Origin: Deltaproteobacteria bacterium
GTDB lineage: Bacteria > Desulfobacterota > Desulfobaccia > Desulfobaccales > 0-14-0-80-60-11
Direction of reading: 5' to 3'
Length of the DNA stretch: 64,000 nucleotides
Assembly (NCBI GenBank): GCA_021813445.1
Contig: JAKAKP010000012.1
Location: 375 to 64,374 of the forward strand
Both the position numbers and the translations under genes were made by a program. Of this stretch, positions 57,064 through 64,000 are shown in pieces. Under the pieces are notes generated by a model, which saw only the letters and a program-made list of their open reading frames with translations, did no database searches and was not told the origin of the DNA. The stretch's first letter is position 1, and each line of letters begins with the position of its first letter.

Positions 57064-59994
57064 ATGTCATCGTTACCGACCTATTTTAAGAAGCAAAATC
57101 TCGCGGTCATGGTCATAGGCGCCGTACTTGTGGGGTTCATCGTTTTCCTTTTATTGTTCAAATATTACTCAGAGGTGGAACTGCGGCGCTCCGGCATGGA
57201 ACAAATGAGACTGAACACGGAGAAACATGCGGTTGTGGTCGGCCACATATTCGCTGAGCAGAAGGAGGCTCTCAAGGATCTGAGGAAGAACCGGGAGCTC
57301 TCCGCTTATTTTGAAAATAAGGCGCTGGGCATGTCCTTGGAATACGGGTTGCGGGACAGCGTCTTTGGCATCGCCCAGGTTTTCGATCACTATCTCAATG
57401 ACAAGAAGCTCGATGGGGATAGGATCTTTACGCGAATCGTCTTTCTGGAGAGCCGCGGCGCCGTGCTGGTGGACCGACCTGAAAACCGCTCAATCCAGGC
57501 CAAGGAACAAAACCTGGAGAAATTTCTTGCTCAGGACCCGCCTGTTGCCCGGATTATCGTTGAAACTCAAGGTTCCTCTTGGCAAGTAATGATTTCCATC
57601 CCCTATTTCTTTAAAGACGCCTTCTCCGGGCAAATCGTCGCTTGGATTTCATCCAAGACCGTTTGTCATTACTTAATCAAGACCATTGGTGGGGCTTCGG
57701 GGCGTCAAGTTGCTGTTATCAATAGCCAGGGGGAACCGTTATGCCCTCCTGGAGGTCCGGGCCCAGAAATCGAAATAATGAGCCCCCAGGACTTTCAGAT
57801 CCTCAGTGCTTCACCCACCGGGGAGGTCCACCGGTTTGAGTCAATCCGTGAGGATGGCTCTAAAGTTGACATTGTCGCCCTGCGCGTCCCCATCCCGGAT
57901 ACGCCCTTCTTTCTCGTGACGGCTACGCCCGCCGCCAAAGTATTGGGCCGTACTTCTCCCCGGCAACTCCTGGCGGTCATGGCCATCCTGGCGCTGATCA
58001 TTTTGGGCAGCGCGATGATCATAGTGCGGGGAAACATCCGTAATCAGGTTCTTCAGGCCAGTTTCGAGGAAGCTGCCGAAAGCAGAAAAGTGCTGGAAGA
58101 CAAGAATCGCCAACTGGAACAGGAGATTGGTGAGCGCCAACTGGCGGAGTGGGCGCGGCAGCAGAGCGAAGAAAGATATCGTCTGCTGGTAAAACAGATA
58201 CCGGCCGTGGTCTTTAAAGGCTATGCAGATTGGAGTGTTGATTTCTTTGACAATAAAATTGAGACGCTCACCGGTTATAGCAAAGAAGAATTTGACTCCC
58301 GCCGCCTAAAATGGTGCGAATTGATCCTCCCTGAAGACCTTGAACAGGTCAGACACAGGTTTATCAATGGCATTAAGACCGGTGGGGCTTATAGCAGGGA
58401 ATATCGCATACGGAAAAAGGATGGAAGGACAGCCTGGATTCAGGCCATGGGCCAAATTTTCTATGATACGGAGGGCAAGCTTGACTACGTAAGCGGGGTA
58501 TTTTTTGACATTACCGAGCGCAAACGCGCGGAGGAGGACTTGCGTCAGAGCGAAGCCCGGCTGGCCGAAGCCCAGCGCATCGCCAAAGTAGGGAGTTGGG
58601 AATGGAACCTCAGGAGCAACCGGGCGATCTGGTCAGAGGAGCTTTTCCGCATTTTTAATTTGCCGACCCATGAGTACGGGCTGAATTTTGACGATCTTTT
58701 GCAGTACGTGCACCCCAATGACCGGGAATCGCTAAAGCATGGCCTTGCCGAGGCTCGGGGCAGCGGTAAACCTTTCAGTATGGACTACCGCATTATTCTG
58801 GGCGACGGTTCCCCCCGTTATATTCACGCCAGTGCGGAGATTATCACCGATGAGGCCGGCGAACCGGCGTTGATGCGGGGCACTGCGCAAGACGTCACCG
58901 CCCGGGTGCTGGCGGAACAGAAACTGCAGGAAAGCAACGAGCGTTTCGCAGCCGTTTTCGAAAACGCGGCTATCGGCATCTGCGTCGCTGATGCCGGGGG
59001 GCGGCTATTAGCGGCCAATCCCAGCTTTCAGGAGATGCTTGGCTACTCCGCCGCAGAAATGCTTGCCAAAACTTTCCCGGACATTACCCACCCTGAGGAC
59101 CTCCCCAAAAACCTGGAGCTTTTCCAGGAGATGATGACCGGCAAGAGGAAAGGGTTCCAGCTCGAAAAGCGCTATCTCCGGAAAACTGGCGAATTATTTT
59201 GGGGCCGGGTCATTGTCTCCTTGATCAAAGATGCGAAGGGGCAACCGCTTTACTGCATCGCCGCGGTGGAAGACATTGACCAGTGCAAAAAAGTCCAGGA
59301 GAAACTGCAGGAATCGGAGCGGAACCTGCGCTATCTGGCATCCCAGCTTTTAACGGCCCAGGAAAGGGAGCGGCGGCGCATCTCCAGTGAATTGCACGAT
59401 GAACTGGGCCATACCTTGCTAACCTTGAAACTTAACCTGAGAGCCATCGAAAGGGAATTGAATCCGGATCAGCAGGCATTGGCCGAAGAAATAGAATCTC
59501 TCTTTTATGATCTCGATGAGGTTATTGAAAACGTGCGCCGCCTTTACCTGGACCTGGCCCCCGGCGACATTGAAGATCTGGGGTTAACCCTCGCCTTGCG
59601 GATGTTGATCGATGAATATGCCAGGAATAACCAGGATACCCAATGGTCAGTCGATCTCATTAATATCGATAACTGCTTCACCCTGCCGGGGCAAACGGCT
59701 ATCTATCGTATTTTCCAGGAAATATTAACCAATATCGGCAAGCACGCCGATCCTTCTCTGGTATCCGTGAGAATCAAGGAAAGCGATAACCGGGTGTTCT
59801 TTGAGATAGAGGATAATGGCCGGGGATTTCCCAGCGAAGAGGCTAATCATTATCGTAAACGAGGAGTGGGGCTCCTGGCCATGGAAGAGCGGGTACGGAT
59901 GTTGGGAGGCTCTCTTGCGGTTTTGAGTCAAAAAGACCAGGGGACTAGAATAACTTTTTCCGTTCCCTTTTCTGAAGGAGGGAAGATAGATTGA
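57064..59994 (+). CDS. Sensor histidine kinase: periplasmic Cache-like domain, three PAS domains, HisKA_3, HATPase
   Basis: 976 aa with two TM segments. The repeated PAS cores are each followed by a DITERK-type or DVTARV-type boundary. H-box SSELHDELGHTL; the ATPase region has GVGLLAMEER. Confidence 0.9.
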   Translation: MSSLPTYFKKQNLAVMVIGAVLVGFIVFLLLFKYYSEVELRRSGMEQMRLNTEKHAVVVGHIFAEQKEALKDLRKNRELSAYFENKALGMSLEYGLRDSVFGIAQVFDHYLNDKKLDGDRIFTRIVFLESRGAVLVDRPENRSIQAKEQNLEKFLAQDPPVARIIVETQGSSWQVMISIPYFFKDAFSGQIVAWISSKTVCHYLIKTIGGASGRQVAVINSQGEPLCPPGGPGPEIEIMSPQDFQILSASPTGEVHRFESIREDGSKVDIVALRVPIPDTPFFLVTATPAAKVLGRTSPRQLLAVMAILALIILGSAMIIVRGNIRNQVLQASFEEAAESRKVLEDKNRQLEQEIGERQLAEWARQQSEERYRLLVKQIPAVVFKGYADWSVDFFDNKIETLTGYSKEEFDSRRLKWCELILPEDLEQVRHRFINGIKTGGAYSREYRIRKKDGRTAWIQAMGQIFYDTEGKLDYVSGVFFDITERKRAEEDLRQSEARLAEAQRIAKVGSWEWNLRSNRAIWSEELFRIFNLPTHEYGLNFDDLLQYVHPNDRESLKHGLAEARGSGKPFSMDYRIILGDGSPRYIHASAEIITDEAGEPALMRGTAQDVTARVLAEQKLQESNERFAAVFENAAIGICVADAGGRLLAANPSFQEMLGYSAAEMLAKTFPDITHPEDLPKNLELFQEMMTGKRKGFQLEKRYLRKTGELFWGRVIVSLIKDAKGQPLYCIAAVEDIDQCKKVQEKLQESERNLRYLASQLLTAQERERRRISSELHDELGHTLLTLKLNLRAIERELNPDQQALAEEIESLFYDLDEVIENVRRLYLDLAPGDIEDLGLTLALRMLIDEYARNNQDTQWSVDLINIDNCFTLPGQTAIYRIFQEILTNIGKHADPSLVSVRIKESDNRVFFEIEDNGRGFPSEEANHYRKRGVGLLAMEERVRMLGGSLAVLSQKDQGTRITFSVPFSEGGKID

Positions 59995-60629
59995 ATCCTT
60001 ATTCCATTGTCCTGGCAGATGATCATGTAATGTTTCGCAAGGGACTCAAAAAGATCATCGGGGGAATTGCCGACCTCGAAGTCATCGGGGAGGCGAAGGA
60101 TGGCTTGGAATTGTTGGAGATCCTGAAAAAAAGGCCTCCCCAACTGATTATCCTCGACATTTCCATGCCCAGACTCCGGGGACTGGAAGCAGCCAGGGAA
60201 ATCAAACGATCCTGCCCGCAGATCAAGATTTTAATACTCACCATGCATAAGAAAAAAGAATTTGTGCAGCGGGCGATGGAGGCCGGCGCGGAAGGATTCC
60301 TGCTCAAAGAAGACGCGGACAGCGAATTGCTCCAAGCCATAGCCGCTCTGCAGCAGGGGAAAAAGTTTATTTCCCCGCTTTTAACCCCGGAATTGATGGA
60401 CTTGGCCATACGCGAGAGCACTCCCGATCTCCTGACCAACCGGGAACGGCAGGTGATGAAACTCCTGGCCGAAGGCAAGTCCTACAAAGAAATCGCCGGT
60501 CTCTTGTATATCAGCAGTTTTACGGTGCGCAGACACCGGGACCATATCATGAAGAAATTGGGCTTTAAAAATTTGGCGGCCATGGTCAAATACGCCATAG
60601 ACCACGGTTATCTTGCCCACGATCTCTGA
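59991..60629 (+). CDS. NarL/LuxR-family response regulator
   Basis: REC domain (IVLADDH, ILDISMP) with a LuxR HTH (LTNRERQVMKLLAEGKSYKEIAGLLYISSFTVRRHR). The TTG start overlaps the kinase stop. Confidence 0.9.
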   Translation: MNPYSIVLADDHVMFRKGLKKIIGGIADLEVIGEAKDGLELLEILKKRPPQLIILDISMPRLRGLEAAREIKRSCPQIKILILTMHKKKEFVQRAMEAGAEGFLLKEDADSELLQAIAALQQGKKFISPLLTPELMDLAIRESTPDLLTNRERQVMKLLAEGKSYKEIAGLLYISSFTVRRHRDHIMKKLGFKNLAAMVKYAIDHGYLAHDL

Positions 60630-60646
60630 TTCATCCGGCTCTTCTT

Positions 60647-60688
60647 ATAGTCACTTTTGACTATATATAAATAGTCCTCCGAGACTAT
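60647..60688. promoter_or_regulatory. Two tandem 6-6-6 palindromes ATAGTC-N6-GACTAT (candidate operator pair)
   Basis: Site 1 is at 60647-60664 and site 2 at 60671-60688, with centres 24 bp apart. Confidence 0.4.
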
Positions 60689-60784
60689 TTCTTTCTCCTT
60701 TCATCATCTTATTTTTTTCACAAGAGAAGTTCTGCTCCTGGTCGCCGGTAGCTCGTCGCTTGACTGACTCAATTGTAATCACAG

Positions 60785-61381
60785 ATGCATAAACGGCTCT
60801 TATACTATTTTCCCATTATTCATACCCAGGCGGATCTGGGCGGGCTCCGGGAGGTGGTGGTCCGCGCCACCCTGGAGAGGGTAGGCCGGGCCGGCTTGTC
60901 CCGTAAACAAGCGCTCATTGACAAGATCTGGACGGAGATCGAGCGGACCATCGACTCTTTGGCCCTTTCCTTCGAGCGGGTCCGGCTGTATCAGGACGGT
61001 TTGCCCGTGTGCGGGCGGGAGGCGGAGATCGTCAGCGAACTTGCCCAGGCGGGCAGCCGCAACCATCAACTTTTGCTGCGCTTGATGGCCCGGGGGGCCA
61101 CCATTATGGGGACCGAATCCGGCGACCTGCTGGTGCAGGAATACCAATTGGCCAAACAATCCCTGGCAGCCCGGCCAGCCCGGGCGGCAGGGGTGGCGGC
61201 GCAGCGCCGGGCCTTGACCGAGGCCTTGCTGCAGCGCCGCGACCGCTTTATTGCCCAGCGCCTTAACGACACTCTCAAACCTAGCGAGACCGGCATCCTG
61301 TTTCTGGGAATGCTCCACTCATTAAATCGCTATCTCCAGGAGGATATTGAAGCAGTTTATCCACTCCACCGGCCTCGCTAA
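60785..61381 (+). CDS. Hypothetical protein (198 aa), first gene of the sigma54-RR/Hsp20/CDC48 module
   Basis: The composition looks like clean coding sequence. It ends 17 nt upstream of the next gene. No family was recognised. Confidence 0.6.
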   Translation: MHKRLLYYFPIIHTQADLGGLREVVVRATLERVGRAGLSRKQALIDKIWTEIERTIDSLALSFERVRLYQDGLPVCGREAEIVSELAQAGSRNHQLLLRLMARGATIMGTESGDLLVQEYQLAKQSLAARPARAAGVAAQRRALTEALLQRRDRFIAQRLNDTLKPSETGILFLGMLHSLNRYLQEDIEAVYPLHRPR

Positions 61382-61398
61382 ACCCGGAGGGGAAAAAA

Positions 61399-62808
61399 AT
61401 GGACACACAATCCGCCAGTGTGCTCATCGTGGATGATGACCCGGATATTGGCATCCTGCTCTCCGCCCTCATGAGAGAAGAGGGGCTTAACAGTGCGGTA
61501 GCTCATGACGGGGAGACGGCCCTGCGGCTGGTGCCGCAGGAAAGGCCGGACATGCTGCTGGTGGACGTGCAGATGCCTGGTATCGACGGCATGGAGGTCC
61601 TGGCCAAAGTCAAGGAAATGGACCCCCATCTGCCGGTAGTCCTCATCACCGCGTATGCGAAGATTCCCGCCACCGTAGAGGCCATGCGGGCCGGAGCTTT
61701 TGATTATCTGGCCAAACCATTTGACCACATGGAAGTAATCCGGGTGGTGCGCGCCGCCTTGGCGGAAAGGGAGCGCCGCCGCCGCTCCCTTACTGAGGAA
61801 ATCTCGGCCGATAACTGCCTCCGGGTGATGATGGGACCCAGTGATGCGGTCACCCGCATCATCCGGGAGGTCAACCGGGTGGCCCCCTCGGACTTCAGCG
61901 TCATCATCCAGGGAGAAACCGGCTCCGGCAAGGAGTTGGTGGCCCGGGCCATTTATCAGCTGAGCCACCGCGCCAGCGCCCCTTTTATCCCCCTGGATTG
62001 CGGAGCCATTCCTGAAACCCTCATCGAGAGCGAACTCTTCGGCTACCAAAAAGGCGCCTTCACCGGGGCCGCGGCCCCCAAGGCTGGGGTTTTTGAGGCA
62101 GCCCAGGGCGGGACTTTATTTCTGGATGAAATCGCCAACCTGCCCCTGGGGTCCCAGGCCCGGCTGCTGCGGGTCCTCCAGGAGAAAGCGGTCCTGCGCC
62201 TGGGGGCCACCAAACCCATCAAGATTGACGTGCGCCTGCTCACCGCCAGCAATCAGGAGCTGCAAAGGTTGGTGGAATCGGAACAGATGCGGAAGGACCT
62301 CTTTTTTCGCTTGAATGAATTTACCATTACCATCCCTCCCCTGCGGGAACGCAAGGATGACATCCCCTATCTGGCTAAAAGGTTCATGGATAAAACCAAT
62401 AAAGAATTGCAGAAAAACGTCCGGGGATTTTCCCCTGCCGCCCTGGAGGCCTTGCTGACCTACAACTGGCCGGGAAACGTGCGGCAGCTCAGGTCGGTAA
62501 TCCGCCGGGCCGTCCTCCTGGCCGACGACCTCATCATCGAGAAACATCTGGACATCCAGGCCGAGCCGATGCCGGGACTGGCCCTTTCGCTCAAGGTTCA
62601 GGGCACTCCCTGGCAGGAGTTGTCCCTTAAAGAGATCGTGCAGCGCAGTGTCGTTAGCGTGGAAAAGGAAATCCTGATCCAGGCCCTGAAATATACCCGG
62701 GGCAATAAAGCGAAAGCGGCGCGGTTATTGCAGATAGATTATAAGACGATGCACACCAAGCTGAAACAGTTCGATTCCGATTACGGCAAGAACTGGAGGA
62801 AATTATGA
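61399..62808 (+). CDS. Sigma54-dependent response regulator (NtrC family)
   Basis: REC (VLIVDDD, LLVDVQMPGIDG), AAA+ domain (GETGSGKE, GAFTGA) and a Fis-type HTH (GNKAKAARLLQIDYKT). Confidence 0.9.
   Translation: MDTQSASVLIVDDDPDIGILLSALMREEGLNSAVAHDGETALRLVPQERPDMLLVDVQMPGIDGMEVLAKVKEMDPHLPVVLITAYAKIPATVEAMRAGAFDYLAKPFDHMEVIRVVRAALAERERRRRSLTEEISADNCLRVMMGPSDAVTRIIREVNRVAPSDFSVIIQGETGSGKELVARAIYQLSHRASAPFIPLDCGAIPETLIESELFGYQKGAFTGAAAPKAGVFEAAQGGTLFLDEIANLPLGSQARLLRVLQEKAVLRLGATKPIKIDVRLLTASNQELQRLVESEQMRKDLFFRLNEFTITIPPLRERKDDIPYLAKRFMDKTNKELQKNVRGFSPAALEALLTYNWPGNVRQLRSVIRRAVLLADDLIIEKHLDIQAEPMPGLALSLKVQGTPWQELSLKEIVQRSVVSVEKEILIQALKYTRGNKAKAARLLQIDYKTMHTKLKQFDSDYGKNWRKL
62717..62732 (+). 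promoter_or_regulatory. Sigma54-like -24/-12 motif inside the 3' end of the activator gene (CGGCGCG-N4-TTGCA)
   Basis: GG at 62718-62719 and GC at 62730-31 have correct spacing. The motif lies 73 nt upstream of the Hsp20 ATG but coincides with the HTH codons AARLLQ. Confidence 0.2.
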
Positions 62809-63311
62809 CCAGAAAAAAGAGAGTCGAAGAGGAAGGCGGCTTTGGGGGCATTTTCAAGGGGCTGGCCGATCTCGTCGAAAAGCTGGGCGATTTGGCCGAA
62901 AAAGGGGAAAAGCTGAAGAAAAGCGGGGAATTTGGAGAAAAGGACCTGAAAGGGGTTTATGGTTTCTCGGTCAAATGGGGCCTGGGGGAGAAGGGGGGCA
63001 AAGAGGTCAAGGTGGAACCCTTCGGCAACGTGCGCCGGGATGAGAAGACGGGCAAAACCGTGGTCCAGGAAGTCCGGGAGCCGGTGGTGGACGTGTTCGA
63101 AGAAATGGACCATACCCTGGTGGTGGCGGAAATGCCCGGCGTCAGCGTCAAAGACGTACACCTGGAGGTTAAGGACGATCTGCTCACCATCTCCGCAGCC
63201 AAGGGGGATAAGAGGTACCGCAAGGAGATCCTCCTGCCCCGGAGCTATCCCCGGGAAAAGATGAAGGTATCCTGCAATAACGGCATCCTGGAGATCAAGT
63301 GCGTGCTGTAG
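62805..63311 (+). CDS. Hsp20/alpha-crystallin family small heat-shock protein with a Gly/Lys/Glu-rich N-terminal extension
   Basis: ACD core DVFEEMDHTLVVAEMPGVSVKDVHLEVKDDLLTISA...KVSCNNGILEIKC. Its ATG overlaps the activator stop (ATGA). Confidence 0.85.
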   Translation: MTRKKRVEEEGGFGGIFKGLADLVEKLGDLAEKGEKLKKSGEFGEKDLKGVYGFSVKWGLGEKGGKEVKVEPFGNVRRDEKTGKTVVQEVREPVVDVFEEMDHTLVVAEMPGVSVKDVHLEVKDDLLTISAAKGDKRYRKEILLPRSYPREKMKVSCNNGILEIKCVL

Positions 63312-63335
63312 CCCTGGCCGGGAAAGGCGGATAAG

Positions 63336-64000
63336 GTGAAAGCCGACGACGTATCGCTGAAGCTGAAAGTGACGGAGGCCCTGGGAAAAGACGTGGGCAG
63401 GGCCTTTGCCCGTATGGGCCCGGAAGACCTGGAAAAACTCCAGTTGGCCATCGGCGACATTGTGGAGGTGGCCGGAAAGCGGAAGACGGTGGCCAAGGCC
63501 ATGCCGGCCTACAAGGAGCTGCGGGGCCGCTCCCGCATCCAATTGGACGGCATCAGCCGGGAAAATGCCGGCGCGGGGATCGATGATTGCGTGCAGGTGC
63601 GCAAGATCGCCTGCCGTCCGGCGGAGCGGGTGGCCCTCACCCCCGTCAATATTACCCCCAGTGACCGGGACCTGCAATACATCGGCAGCCTCCTGGACGG
63701 CCTGCCGGTGATGGAGGGAGACCGCCTCCGGGCCACCCTGTTCGCCGGCCGCACCGCGGATTTCAAGGTGGATGGCCTGACGCCCCGGGGGCCGGTGCTG
63801 ATCAACCCCACCACCATCCTGGTGGTGGGCAAGGCCGCGGCCGCAGCTCCGGAAGCTCCCCGAGTGGTCTCCTACGAAGACGTGGGGGGGCTGCGGCCTC
63901 AACTGCACCGCATCCGGGAGATGATCGAGCTGCCGCTGCGCTACCCGGAATTGTTCGAGCGCTTGGGCATCGACGCACCTAAAGGGGTCTTGCTCCACGG
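63336..64000 (+). CDS. CDC48/VCP-type AAA+ ATPase, N-terminal part (continues beyond the window)
   Basis: GTG 63336. The CDC48 N-domain reads [44 protein letters not shown]..., followed by the D1 entry [43 protein letters not shown]. Confidence 0.85.
   Translation, partial: MKADDVSLKLKVTEALGKDVGRAFARMGPEDLEKLQLAIGDIVEVAGKRKTVAKAMPAYKELRGRSRIQLDGISRENAGAGIDDCVQVRKIACRPAERVALTPVNITPSDRDLQYIGSLLDGLPVMEGDRLRATLFAGRTADFKVDGLTPRGPVLINPTTILVVGKAAAAAPEAPRVVSYEDVGGLRPQLHRIREMIELPLRYPELFERLGIDAPKGVLLH

Overview
This 64-kb window is a GC-rich chromosomal segment. Its gene content suggests an anaerobic, sigma54-rich, Desulfobacterota/deltaproteobacterial-type organism; that is an inference, and no database search was run. 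About 55 protein genes can be supported.

Main gene groups, in window order:
- Moco-related genes: MogA/MoaB, a MOSC protein and a frameshifted cupin.
- An EF-G paralogue, a polyprenyl diphosphate synthase and RimO.
- An MltD-like lytic transglycosylase.
- groES-groEL with a textbook CIRCE operator.
- A hicB-hicA toxin-antitoxin pair.
- An octaheme HAO-family cytochrome paired with an NrfH/NapC tetraheme cytochrome.
- A TolC-MFP-RND efflux operon, then tRNA-Ser(GCU).
- An 11-kb chemotaxis operon: unknown 141-aa protein, soluble divergent MCP-like protein, STAS, CheY, CheA, a CheR fragment, MCP, CheW, CheR, CheD, CheB. A sigma54-type promoter precedes it.
- A hybrid histidine kinase with an NtrC-type activator, followed by a class-3 lipase.
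- A secreted Gly/Met-rich protein and an AT-rich metallophosphoesterase islet.
- TauE-DUF1634-like-USP, ChrB-like plus MFS, and a minimal SufC-SufBD pair.
- arsR and acr3-USP, with IS630/BrnA gene debris next to them.
- A substrate-binding protein, PAS histidine kinase and LuxR regulator triad.
- At the right edge, a module of an unknown protein, a sigma54 response regulator, Hsp20 and a CDC48-type AAA ATPase (truncated by the window).

The intergenic DNA is unusually crowded with several families of GC-rich hairpin and MITE-like repeats and with heptamer tandem repeats. Some of these sit inside operons or overlap gene ends.

The candidates I consider most worth follow-up are:
- the Hsp20/CDC48/sigma54 module;
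- the atypical input end of the che operon and its sigma54 control region;
- the HAO-NrfH pair;
- a two-repeat CRISPR-like mini-array;
- the repeat landscape itself.

Start codons are approximate where noted. All functional calls rest on motifs read by eye.
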